In this document: positions 9,894 to 18,978 of the stretch, piece after piece
How positions within the stretch are numbered: the first letter of the stretch is position 1
How the letters are laid out: every line of letters starts with the position of its first letter
Virus record (IMG/VR): IMGVR_UViG_3300029305_012082
Span: 1-64,000 of that record
Length of the DNA stretch: 64,000 nucleotides
DNA from: a virus
Lineage: Duplodnaviria > Caudoviricetes
Strand: one strand, 5' to 3'
Position numbers and translations under genes: made by a program
Notes under the pieces: model-generated
Database searches by the model: none
The model's input: only the letters and a program-made list of their open reading frames with translations
What the model was told of the DNA's origin: nothing

Positions 9894-10793
9894 ATGAACA
9901 AAAACAAAGTCATGCCTGTCAGCTTGGATGGTGAGGCTTTTGCCTCGCTGAAGAGAGATTTCGACAAACTCGTAAACAGAACAATCGGAAACATGGAAAT
10001 GAGACGGGCTGAAGAAGCGACCGTGACCGTCAAGCTTTCTATCAAGCTCGAAAAGACGAAGGTCGATACTCCTGATGGTCTCATTGATGTTACAAAGCCT
10101 ACCTTCAAGCACGATATCAATTCCGTCATGCAGGTCAAGGACAAGATGACTGGTCAGCAGGTTGGCGAGTATGCCATTGTCTGGGACGAAGAAGAGGAAC
10201 GCTACGTCATGAAGAAGATCGACAATGGGCAGATCGGTCTGTTTGACAAGGAAGAAGGATATGTTGACGTTGAATTCGAAGATGTCACCGCGAACAATGC
10301 CAACGCCTTGCCTTCCGGCATTGCTGCACTCCCCGAAGCAGAACATCTTCCTGAAGAACCTGACGTCATTCCCGCAGAAGACGGAACGCCTTTTCAATGG
10401 CTGAACCATTTTGTTGGTGAGCAGCTGCATGTCACCGAGGCGATGGGCAACTACACAGTAAGGACGAATGACAATAAGGTCGTCCTCTCTACTGCGACAA
10501 CCCCTGCGTCTATTTTCTACTGCAAGAAGACGACGCTTGTTGGGCATGCGGGACACACGCTGTATATCTCCAGACAAGATGACGACTATGCGGCTTCTAT
10601 CAAGGTTACGTGCTTGGATTGCGAAAAGGTTCTGTTCACCGTTAGTGTGGCATCTACTCTTACAACAACCACGAACTACGAAAATGACGAGGATGATTGC
10701 GCCGGTGGCGAAGAGGATCTGGCAGAATGTCTCGAAGACGAAGACGATGACGAATTCGAAGACGACTATGACTATGAAGATCCTGAGGACTGA
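9894..10793 (+). CDS. Hypothetical protein with acidic C-terminus
   Basis: Strong AGGAGG RBS; long ORF. Confidence 0.7.
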   Translation: MNKNKVMPVSLDGEAFASLKRDFDKLVNRTIGNMEMRRAEEATVTVKLSIKLEKTKVDTPDGLIDVTKPTFKHDINSVMQVKDKMTGQQVGEYAIVWDEEEERYVMKKIDNGQIGLFDKEEGYVDVEFEDVTANNANALPSGIAALPEAEHLPEEPDVIPAEDGTPFQWLNHFVGEQLHVTEAMGNYTVRTNDNKVVLSTATTPASIFYCKKTTLVGHAGHTLYISRQDDDYAASIKVTCLDCEKVLFTVSVASTLTTTTNYENDEDDCAGGEEDLAECLEDEDDDEFEDDYDYEDPED

Positions 10794-10817
10794 TCGTTAA
10801 GGCTGGAGGAGATTTGC

Positions 10818-11483
10818 ATGAAAACACCAGTGGATATCGTGCGAGGGCGCATCGTAGATATCGATGAACGAGGCGTTCTCACGATTAAAGCTGTGTATCC
10901 TGACTGGCCTATTTTGGTCAAAAGAGGGTATAGGGAATGCGACATCCAGCTCATAGACAGCCGGCCCCTATCAGACAAGCAGCGTAGAGCATGCTACGCT
11001 CTTATTCGAGAGATCTCCAGACACACGGGTCAGGGGCTGAATCCTACAAAGGAACGACTGAAAGAAATGTTTGTCCAGGAGGAGCTGGGGCTTCCTCCGG
11101 ACAAAACATTTTCACTCAAGAACGCTCCAATGAGTCTTGTGTGTGCCTACCAACGATACTTGGTCAAATTTATTCTGGACTGGGACATACCGTGTGGTTT
11201 CTCCTTGATCGACTTTGTTGACGATGTTTCTGATTACATATACAACTGCTTAGTCAACAAGAAGTGCTGCATCTGTGGACTGCCAAGCGACCTTCATCAT
11301 GTTGACCATGTGGGTGCAGGTCGGAACAGAGACGAGATCATCCACGAAGGGATGGAAGTCTTGCCACTATGCAGAAAACACCACACGGAAGTACACAATA
11401 TGGGATGGATTACATTCCAAGAGAGATACCACATAACGGCTGGAATCATCCTTGATATGTTCTTGTGCCAGATATATCCTTAA
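10818..11483 (+). CDS. Putative HNHc nuclease (DUF968-like)
   Basis: CCICG...DLHH...LPLCRKHHTEVH. Confidence 0.8.
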   Translation: MKTPVDIVRGRIVDIDERGVLTIKAVYPDWPILVKRGYRECDIQLIDSRPLSDKQRRACYALIREISRHTGQGLNPTKERLKEMFVQEELGLPPDKTFSLKNAPMSLVCAYQRYLVKFILDWDIPCGFSLIDFVDDVSDYIYNCLVNKKCCICGLPSDLHHVDHVGAGRNRDEIIHEGMEVLPLCRKHHTEVHNMGWITFQERYHITAGIILDMFLCQIYP

Positions 11484-11501
11484 ACATAAGGAGGAAGAAG
11501 A

Positions 11502-11939
11502 GTGCTCAACAGAATTGTACTCATGGGAAGACTTACCAGAGACCCCGAATTGAGACGCACTGGCAGTGGGGTAGCCGTTGTATCCTTTACCATTGCTGTT
11601 GATCGAGATTTTCAATCAGGAGACGGCAATAAAGAAACTGATTTTATCGATATTGTTGCTTGGAGAGGTACTGCTGAGTTCGTCAGCAAATACTTTGCAA
11701 AGGGGCAGATGGCTGTCGTTTCGGGCCGGCTCCAGATCCGCAACTGGAACGACAAGGACGGAAACAAGAGACGGAGTGCAGAAGTAGTTGCCGACAGCGT
11801 CTATTTTGGAGAACCCAAGAAGTCCTCAGGCGGCTTCCATGAGAACGATACTCCATCTTCGCACTCCCCGTTGCCTGAAAATTATGGTCCGGAAGAGTAC
11901 CCTGTTGTGGATGACGACGACGGTGAACTTCCGTTCTGA
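11502..11939 (+). CDS. ssb: Single-stranded DNA-binding protein
   Basis: LNRIVLMGRLTRDPELR; acidic C-terminal DGELPF. Confidence 0.95.
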   Translation: MLNRIVLMGRLTRDPELRRTGSGVAVVSFTIAVDRDFQSGDGNKETDFIDIVAWRGTAEFVSKYFAKGQMAVVSGRLQIRNWNDKDGNKRRSAEVVADSVYFGEPKKSSGGFHENDTPSSHSPLPENYGPEEYPVVDDDDGELPF

Positions 11940-11957
11940 TCGCTTATAGGAGGAAAC

Positions 11958-12735
11958 ATGGAACGGACAAACATAGAATGGGCAGACAGCACATTCAACC
12001 CCGTAACCGGATGCTACAATACATGTGAATACTGTTATGCAAGAAGGATCGCAACTCGCTTCAAAGGGTACGATGCTTCTCCTGAAGGCAACACAGTTCA
12101 GAAAATCGTCGATCTAAATGAACCCCTCATCATTTCATCTAAAGATGGGAATAAGCCTAGAAACGCGGCTTATCCATTTGGCTTCACGCCTACTTTCCAT
12201 CGATATCGGTTAGATCAGTTCAACCGCCTGAAGTTCGGAGAGACGATTTTTATGCTCCATGGGAGATCTATTTGCTCCGTGGATTCCGGACGAATGGATC
12301 GAAGCTGTATTCCGGACTTGTCTGGATTATCCGAAGCACAGGTATCTGTTTCTCACCAAATTCCCAAAGCGGTACTTGGAGTTGGGCGAAGCCAGAAAGC
12401 TTCCCGAAGAAAAAAACTTCTGGTATGGATCTACTGTTACCCGCCCTGACGTCCCATATTTCTACAGCGAGGGACATAACACCTTCCTTTCTATAGAACC
12501 CATGCTTGAGCCTTTTATGGCTTCTGGCGAAGCCTGTAAGCCTCCCAAGACGGATTGGATCATCATGGGAGCTATGACGGGACCCGGAAGTGCTGAACAT
12601 CAGCCTTCTCGCAGTTGGATTGAAGATATGGTTTCTGGTGCGAAAGAATGGGGAACGCCAGTCTTTATGAAGAATAGCTTGAAACCTGTTTGGGGAGAAG
12701 AGCTTATCACAGAATTCCCTTGGGGAAACAAATAG
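11958..12735 (+). pseudogene. Gp37/Gp68 (DUF5131) family protein, frameshifted near 12250
   Basis: IEWADSTFNPVTGC...CEYCYA in one frame; CSMGDLF...FLTK...SIEP...PVFMK in another. Confidence 0.8.
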
Positions 12736-12746
12736 CGAGGTTCAAT

Positions 12747-13088
12747 ATGAGCAGAAACGGGTACTTAGAAAGAAGAAAGAACCAGATATCCAGCTGGAGA
12801 CGCGCCGAAAAAGAGACGTATATCCAGTTTATGACCGATACTCTAATAGATACGCTCAATGACCCAGAGGTCATGGGCAAGGATGTATTCGGCCAAGAAA
12901 GAATCCTTGGTGTTATCCATGGATGGCAGAAAAAGTTCCGCTTCTGGCACCCAGCTTTAGAAAAACGAGATGACACCGATTGGTATCGAAAAAGATTCGA
13001 CGATAAGATACGAGGGATTGTTGGCGATGAGAACTTCACCCCGTTCGAAGATCGTTATGAATGGGCAGGTCTCCTTGACGATTTATAA
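12747..13088 (+). CDS. Hypothetical protein
   Basis: ORF with GAGGT RBS. Confidence 0.65.
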   Translation: MSRNGYLERRKNQISSWRRAEKETYIQFMTDTLIDTLNDPEVMGKDVFGQERILGVIHGWQKKFRFWHPALEKRDDTDWYRKRFDDKIRGIVGDENFTPFEDRYEWAGLLDDL

Positions 13089-13135
13089 TGTCCGTTGAAA
13101 GAACTTAAAAGCGAGGTGAACGGGTCTGCCACAAT

Positions 13136-13618
13136 ATGGAGAATAAAAGATACGATGTTGCTTCTGTCAGAAGTAGGCTCGATGCTTATTTAGCCAAGGA
13201 GGCAGAGATCGACAATCAGATAGAGCGTCTGGAACGACTCGAAACAAAGATGGAAGGCGTAGGTGCTCAGGTCATATCTGACATGCCAAGATCCCACAAT
13301 GCTTCGACAGACCGGTTTGCCGATATGCTTCACAGAAAGTCACTGCTCGATGAGGAAATCAGGACAATGGTCAAGGACCAAAAAACCGAATGGGAAGCAA
13401 TCGAGACCATATTGATGAACGTCGACAATCCTGACGAAAGAGCAGTGATTCGGATGAGGTATTTGGACAGATCGAGTTGGGATGATGTGAACGATATGAT
13501 TTTTGGAGGGAAGAAAGATTTCCTTGATAAAGAAGAATCATATAAGCGGAGAGTATTTAGGCTCCACGGTGCAGCTCTCCTTGATATGGCCAGATACATA
13601 GACGCCACCAACAAATAG
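13136..13618 (+). CDS. ArpU/RinA-like late transcriptional activator
   Basis: ISDMPR...ERAVIRMRY...W...RLHGAAL; at the end of the replication operon. Confidence 0.75.
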   Translation: MENKRYDVASVRSRLDAYLAKEAEIDNQIERLERLETKMEGVGAQVISDMPRSHNASTDRFADMLHRKSLLDEEIRTMVKDQKTEWEAIETILMNVDNPDERAVIRMRYLDRSSWDDVNDMIFGGKKDFLDKEESYKRRVFRLHGAALLDMARYIDATNK

Positions 13619-13645
13619 AATCGAAAACCGCACAGAAATAGATTT

Positions 13646-13671
13646 AGGCAGGCAGTTATGCCTGCCTTTTT
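13646..13671 (+). terminator. Intrinsic terminator
   Basis: AGGCAGGCA-GTTA-TGCCTGCCT followed by a T run. Confidence 0.8.
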
Positions 13672-13723
13672 ATATCATAAACGAAAGCTCTAGAAAAAAT
13701 TTTCAGGAACAGCCAAAAACATA

Positions 13724-13801
13724 TTGACTTTACTGATAGGTGTGCTACGATATAGTCACAAAAAGGATTACCGATCGGTAAGCGAAATTACCGAAAGGAA
13801 A
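13724..13801 (+). promoter_or_regulatory. Promoter of the accessory operon with repressor-type operators
   Basis: TTGACT-16-TACGAT; perfect TTACCGATCGGTAA at 13768-13781; variants at 13730 and 13788. Confidence 0.8.
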
Positions 13802-13826
13802 GTTTTGAAAGGCTGGTTGATCTATA

Positions 13827-14036
13827 ATGACAAGAAAAAGATTTCAGAAGCTCTTCAGATCCGAGATGACCAAGCTTATGGCACATAAAGATGGTGCCGC
13901 TAAGTGCATCAAACACGCAGCAACAAACAGAGCAAGCGTTTGGGGCAAAGAATGGGCTGGGAAAAGCTACCTCGAAGCGTGGACCCTTCTTCGCTCTGCA
14001 TTTACCTACCCCGGCAATGTGCCTCCGGTCAAGTAA
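13827..14036 (+). CDS. Hypothetical protein
   Basis: First ORF after the promoter. Confidence 0.5.
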   Translation: MTRKRFQKLFRSEMTKLMAHKDGAAKCIKHAATNRASVWGKEWAGKSYLEAWTLLRSAFTYPGNVPPVK

Positions 14037-14100
14037 CCACAAGAAACTGCCGTGCGGTGCAACCCGCCCACCTTATGACGGTTAAGGGGAGATGATATAA

Positions 14101-14604
14101 ATGAGCAGAAACATCAGACGAGGAACTACACAGAACCGAATTCGATATATCTGGAAGACAATCAAGGAGATGTACAAGATCTGCGGAGATGACGAAGAGT
14201 TCCGGAATAATTGCGAGTGTTTTTTCTATTCCGAAGCAAGCAGCATCTTCGATCACACCATGTACGAAAAGGTTGTAGATGCAGTAATTGCATGTAACCG
14301 GCACGATCAGGAAGAGGAAAGGCACGAGGCAAAGCTCGTCAAGACCTTTATCGACGATCAATGGGCAGGATATCAAACGATGAAAGAGGTTGTCCGTCTT
14401 CGAAATAAGTTCAATCGTCTTGCCATCGATCTCCAAAAATCGAACCCTGCTGAGCATCGGGTGTTCTGCCACTACGACATCGATTGTTATGGAGAAGTCG
14501 TCGCAGCATGGTTTTACTCCGACGAAACATACTCAGACGAGCGATTCGATCGACTCACCTTGCTGTCCGGTGTTCATATCTGGGCACTCCACGCAAGACA
14601 CTAA
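14101..14604 (+). CDS. Hypothetical protein
   Basis: 167-aa ORF with RBS. Confidence 0.65.
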   Translation: MSRNIRRGTTQNRIRYIWKTIKEMYKICGDDEEFRNNCECFFYSEASSIFDHTMYEKVVDAVIACNRHDQEEERHEAKLVKTFIDDQWAGYQTMKEVVRLRNKFNRLAIDLQKSNPAEHRVFCHYDIDCYGEVVAAWFYSDETYSDERFDRLTLLSGVHIWALHARH

Positions 14605-14622
14605 CAGATTTTGGAGGTTGTT

Positions 14623-14832
14623 ATGAACGAGTATTACATCAGGATTTCCACTTATGGGACAAACACCCCTCATATTGTTGATCTTGCTGCAATCGAAGGG
14701 ATGAACTATTTGGATGCTGAGAATTTCATGTTTCACTGTGAGGCGAAGAACATGGAAGAAGCTGAGAAGATCTACTGGGAAGAATTTAGCCGGCTTGCCT
14801 TTGACATGCAGGCAGAGCGGATGCATCCCTGA
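14623..14832 (+). CDS. Hypothetical protein
   Basis: GGAGGT RBS. Confidence 0.6.
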   Translation: MNEYYIRISTYGTNTPHIVDLAAIEGMNYLDAENFMFHCEAKNMEEAEKIYWEEFSRLAFDMQAERMHP

Positions 14833-14924
14833 TATTACAGAACACCTCAGACAAGGAGGCATTTATGAAAGCAACTTATAGAGAAGGAGCTTGCATTGCA
14901 CATGAACTAAAAGGAGATTGAAAC

Positions 14925-15137
14925 ATGAAAGAAACACCCAAGCTGACCGTTGATCTCACTGACGTCAAAAAGGAACTCGCGAAGCTTGCTCGGCTCCATG
15001 CTGACAAAGTAACCGAAGCAAATCGGATGGCGCAAAGTGACGATACACCGTTTTCCGAGGTGATTAAATATCAGTTTGACGAACTGTGCCATAGTGGTTT
15101 TGTACAAGGGATAATCGAAGCGATGAAATTGCTGTAA
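14925..15137 (+). CDS. Hypothetical protein
   Basis: AAGGAG RBS. Confidence 0.6.
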   Translation: MKETPKLTVDLTDVKKELAKLARLHADKVTEANRMAQSDDTPFSEVIKYQFDELCHSGFVQGIIEAMKLL

Positions 15138-15188
15138 TTAGACCGTAAATCAATACAAATATACTTAGACAAGAAAGGATTTTGCAAA

Positions 15189-15842
15189 ATGGCTATCAAG
15201 AAGACTGAACTCGTTGAAATCACCCCCATCAAGGTCAAGAAGGTTGCGCTGAGAATTGTCGGCGACTCCCCGCTGCTGGTTCATGCGTGGAGTGAAAAGG
15301 ACAAGAAAATGATGCTGGACGCACAGATGGGGAAGGCGAAGGGCAAGAAAAAGGACCCCAAGAACCCTGTTGCAGACTTTATCAACTCCATGTACTGGCT
15401 CGACAACAAGCCCGAAGAGATGACGATGGAGGCTTTTGAAGAGTCCATCCAGAACGGTGCCCGCTTCGGCTTCCCTGTATCTGGTCTCAAGCAGGCTGCT
15501 ATCAGCGCAGCTTACAGAATGGGCTGGGTCAAAGACAAGATGGGCCTGAGAGGCGCATTCTTCATCGAAGCAGACAGGGACGGTATGATTGAGATCAAGG
15601 GCGATGCACCCGAAATGCGGGAAGACATGGTCAAGGTCGGCATGGGCACCGCCGATATTCGCTACAGGGGCGAATTCCGTAATTGGTACGCAGATATTGT
15701 CTTGACCTACAATGAGGCTGGCCAGTACAGCCTGGAGAACATTGTCAATATCATCAACGCTGGCGGCTATGTGTGTGGCATCGGCGAGTGGCGTCCCGAG
15801 AGAGACGGCCAGTACGGCATGTTCCATGTAGATATTGCCTAA
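15189..15842 (+). CDS. Stand-alone Cas7/RAMP-like RNA-binding protein, candidate effector for the adjacent GGY-NN array (VIPR-like)
   Basis: RAMP-like layout: N-terminal LRIVGDSPLLVH, FPVSGLKQA helix, DIRYRGEF, C-terminal Gly-rich loop GGYVCGIGEWRPERDGQYGMF. Confidence 0.75.
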   Translation: MAIKKTELVEITPIKVKKVALRIVGDSPLLVHAWSEKDKKMMLDAQMGKAKGKKKDPKNPVADFINSMYWLDNKPEEMTMEAFEESIQNGARFGFPVSGLKQAAISAAYRMGWVKDKMGLRGAFFIEADRDGMIEIKGDAPEMREDMVKVGMGTADIRYRGEFRNWYADIVLTYNEAGQYSLENIVNIINAGGYVCGIGEWRPERDGQYGMFHVDIA

Positions 15843-15865
15843 CAGCATAAGCAGCTTCCCTACAT

Positions 15866-16076
15866 GGCTTAACAGGCTGGGCTAGGCAAGGTGACGTGAG
15901 TTATGTTGAGTCGAGGCTGGGTGCGGCGCGGTCTAACAGGCGGGGCTGGGTCAGGCGTTGCAAGGCGGGGCGCGATGGGGCAAGGCGAGGTTTAACAGGC
16001 GAGGTGAGGCGTGGCAAGGCGCGGTGAGGCTTGGCGAGGCGAGGCGGGGCAAGGCTAGGTGCCGCCCAACAGGCAA
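15866..16076 (+). ncRNA. Array of GGY-NN pentamers in three AACA-delimited units (candidate guide-RNA array)
   Basis: Units 15875-15934 (12 pentamers), 15939-15993 (11) and 15998-16067 (14); AACA at 15871, 15935, 15994 and 16068; 30 of 37 pentamers start with GGY and the rest differ by one base. Confidence 0.8.
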
Positions 16077-16113
16077 GAAATTATAAACCAACAACGACAA
16101 GGAGAAATCAACT

Positions 16114-16569
16114 ATGGTTTATCAATACAAACCCAGATCGATGATTAAAGCACCTGCACAGGTAGCAGGAGAGATGTGCGAGAGGCTATCTCAGACCGGT
16201 GGCCTTACCCCCAAAAGGCTGGTAGATGCAAACCGTGATGTGAACGCACCTCTCCACAATGAGTTCGAGTGGAATGATGAGATCGCAGCCGAAGCGTACC
16301 GAGAATCGCAGGCGGCGCACATTATCCGGTGCATTGTAATTAAACCGGAAGTCAATGAAGAGACGCCGATGAGAGCATTTGTAAGGGTTACGGAGGCAAC
16401 AAGCGACTACACGCCCATGAAAGTCGTGATGAGCAGTGAGCAGATGATGGAGTCTTTGCTTGTATCTGCGAGAAAGGAAATGGAGACATTCGTCAAAAAG
16501 TACACCGGCGTTCAGGAACTGAACAGAGTGATCGAGAGTATGAACGAAGCGCTCTACATCGCCGGATAA
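16114..16569 (+). CDS. Phage protein downstream of the array (putative accessory factor)
   Basis: LTPKRLVDANR...PLHNEFEWNDEIAAEAYRESQA motif; AAGGAG RBS. Confidence 0.75.
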   Translation: MVYQYKPRSMIKAPAQVAGEMCERLSQTGGLTPKRLVDANRDVNAPLHNEFEWNDEIAAEAYRESQAAHIIRCIVIKPEVNEETPMRAFVRVTEATSDYTPMKVVMSSEQMMESLLVSARKEMETFVKKYTGVQELNRVIESMNEALYIAG

Positions 16570-16683
16570 CTACAGCTTTAATTCTGCGGCTCGTTTCGGA
16601 ATCACATGGGATAAAAGCTATACAAAACGAGCTGCAGTTTTCGCATCATATATGCTCAGCATCGAAAATAAGGAGAAAAACGA

Positions 16684-17016
16684 ATGCAAGCACAATATAT
16701 TAAGGTGAACCTTCCGCTGACAGAAGAAGATTATCAATCCGGTAACGGAGAAGGCGTTTGGGTCATTGTAGATAACAAGACAAAGGCTGACTATTATCAC
16801 GACGCTTATGGACCTGGATTTGTAGGAATGCTGGCCAACGACAGTTTTTACTATCCCGGACTGTGCTGTGGAGACTCTGTCGAGTTCGAAATGCGCGGTG
16901 ACAAACGTCCTGTAGCAGATTATCACAATTTCCTTTGTGGTCGCACAAAACTTACGAAAGAGGGCAAAGCCATTCTCATTGCTGCAATTGCAAGTCAAGG
17001 AGGAAATCCGAAATGA
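16684..17016 (+). CDS. Hypothetical protein
   Basis: AAGGAG RBS. Confidence 0.65.
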   Translation: MQAQYIKVNLPLTEEDYQSGNGEGVWVIVDNKTKADYYHDAYGPGFVGMLANDSFYYPGLCCGDSVEFEMRGDKRPVADYHNFLCGRTKLTKEGKAILIAAIASQGGNPK

Positions 17017-17480
17017 ACGAAGATAATAAATTGACAAAGAAGCTTTCAGAGTTCATCTTTGCGTATGCCGAGATGAATATGAATGCAAGCAAGACTGCCA
17101 TCAGTCTGCGTTGTAGTCCATCCACGGTTACACGGTATATCGAGCAGACTTTGGAGCTTACCGGTTTAGACGTCCGGTATGTATTCGATCTGGTTGAGCT
17201 GCTTGAAATGGCGAGAGATGTATTATATGGCAACGAGGAAACCGAGCAATTCTGTTCTGATTTTAAGAGGGGGACAAGAATGAAAGTAAGAGATTTACTG
17301 AAGAGATTCCGAATGAGCAGTGCTGTTGGCGTTGCAATTCAGGTAGTGCCAAATGGCGAGGAAATTCACCTCACAGAAGCTCAGGTTCGAGACCTTAAAC
17401 CTGCTGAGCTAATGGAAATGACGGTCCAGACTTTTTATGTGCGAGAAGATTTGATGACCGTGTATGCCAAGGAGCGGTAA
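17013..17480 (+). CDS. Hypothetical protein with N-terminal HTH-like segment
   Basis: NMNASKTAISLRCSPSTVTRYI. Confidence 0.55.
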   Translation: MNEDNKLTKKLSEFIFAYAEMNMNASKTAISLRCSPSTVTRYIEQTLELTGLDVRYVFDLVELLEMARDVLYGNEETEQFCSDFKRGTRMKVRDLLKRFRMSSAVGVAIQVVPNGEEIHLTEAQVRDLKPAELMEMTVQTFYVREDLMTVYAKER

Positions 17481-17518
17481 GCCGAAGAAAACTTTTCTCT
17501 GTAATTTCGTATTTTCTA

Positions 17519-17546
17519 TTGACTAGGTTGGTAGGTATGCTACGAT
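17519..17546 (+). promoter_or_regulatory. Promoter TTGACT-16-TACGAT
   Basis: Same architecture as the promoters at 13724, 27027, 33978 and 34649. Confidence 0.7.
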
Positions 17547-17622
17547 AAGTTTGCAAATAAATACAAAACTTTAATAAAACCATCGCTTTTTGATGCAAAT
17601 AGTTTCGAACGGAGGATATGCT

Positions 17623-18069
17623 ATGATCTACTTAACCGATCGTCACGAGATCGCAAAGGCGATCAATTTCGGGAAACATCCAGTCCTGTATCTGAACAGA
17701 GAAAACCACAAGGGTTTTACCAACACAGACTATGCCGTTGGCTGCAGAGTCAGAGTTGCCTGGGATCACAAAGACCCTCGATACGCCGGAATGACCACCC
17801 ACGGCAACCTGTACATCGAAAACGGAAGACTCGCCATCTCTTCGGAGGGAGGCTGCCTCCACGCGGACTTCGGATATCGCGATGTGATCGAGATGCAGGA
17901 AGAAGCCCGAGCCGTCGTCGTACATAAGAGCCAGACAGTTGTCGTTGTGGAAGACTGGCCCAGCAAAAAGGTTTGCACCGTGCGGATGATGAAAGTCTCT
18001 GATTGGATTGATCCTCACTGCATGACAGTTGCCAGACTCGAAGACTTGGAGGAATTCATCAATGAATGA
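17623..18069 (+). CDS. Hypothetical protein
   Basis: GGAGG RBS. Confidence 0.65.
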   Translation: MIYLTDRHEIAKAINFGKHPVLYLNRENHKGFTNTDYAVGCRVRVAWDHKDPRYAGMTTHGNLYIENGRLAISSEGGCLHADFGYRDVIEMQEEARAVVVHKSQTVVVVEDWPSKKVCTVRMMKVSDWIDPHCMTVARLEDLEEFINE

Positions 18070-18364
18070 GCAGGTTTATTTCGCAGGAGGTTATTATGCA
18101 ATCTTCGGCAAAACGGACGAGGTGGAATTCGACATTGTAAGAGGCGGAAGCAGCGACCTTCCGTATCTTACAAAGAATGCGAAAGGTCTTCGCTCCACTT
18201 CCCATCATGCAAATCTGTACCAATTGTCCGAGGATGGAATGACAGCGACAGTTGTAGATATTCGCTGTCCTTCAGTTGGATCTGGTAAACACACTATCGT
18301 TCTCTCTCTTGACCACCAGCAGATCATCAAAGAAGCGATCGCAAGAGAAAACTTTTTCGATTAA
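18062..18364 (+). CDS. Hypothetical protein
   Basis: Translationally coupled ORF. Confidence 0.6.
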   Translation: MNEQVYFAGGYYAIFGKTDEVEFDIVRGGSSDLPYLTKNAKGLRSTSHHANLYQLSEDGMTATVVDIRCPSVGSGKHTIVLSLDHQQIIKEAIARENFFD

Positions 18365-18377
18365 GGAGGATATTCAA

Positions 18378-18977
18378 ATGAACAAGAAGCAAGTCAATAG
18401 CAATGCATGTGGAGGCGAACCGGTCATCGGGTTTATCATGCCTCCTGATTATAGCTCTGATTATTATCGACTCGCAGAGTTTCCAGTGGTGCTAGATCCC
18501 AGCTTCCCTGATATGGTGTTCACAAATGCAATCCAGCCTGTCCCCAGAGAAATTCTCCGGCGCAACACTTACTTTATGGAAGGGGACGAGGGCGATTTTG
18601 TCTTAGTTCAAGAGCCATTCATTCTCAATGAAGAAACAAGACGCAGGGCTGAACACTGGGTACAAAATGCAAATACCCAGCCTGAAGAAATCGTCACAGC
18701 TAGGCAATATCAAATGAATGCAGAGAAGGTCAGCGAAGCCGTTGACGATCGAATTCAACTCTACAGGAAATACGGGAAAGCACACAACGTCCAACGTCAT
18801 CACCTGATCGTCTGTGGTTCTGCTGACCAGACGCATGCGGACGTTGAATTTCGCGATGGTTTTTATTTCTGCAGAAACTGCGGATCGAAGCTCTGCGAAA
18901 AGAAGGAAGAGATCGGGTTTTACTGCAAGTATTGTGGCGGACACATCACAAATCTGAACGAACTGGGAGGTAAGTAA
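18378..18977 (+). CDS. Hypothetical protein with C-terminal zinc ribbon
   Basis: CRNCG...CKYCG. Confidence 0.65.
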   Translation: MNKKQVNSNACGGEPVIGFIMPPDYSSDYYRLAEFPVVLDPSFPDMVFTNAIQPVPREILRRNTYFMEGDEGDFVLVQEPFILNEETRRRAEHWVQNANTQPEEIVTARQYQMNAEKVSEAVDDRIQLYRKYGKAHNVQRHHLIVCGSADQTHADVEFRDGFYFCRNCGSKLCEKKEEIGFYCKYCGGHITNLNELGGK

Positions 18978-18978
18978 T

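Noticed and set aside
15866-16076. Canonical CRISPR array, simple microsatellite or coding region
   Set aside because: There are no 25-40 bp direct repeats with spacers. Variation is confined to two fixed positions per pentamer, unlike slippage repeats, and there is no credible ORF.
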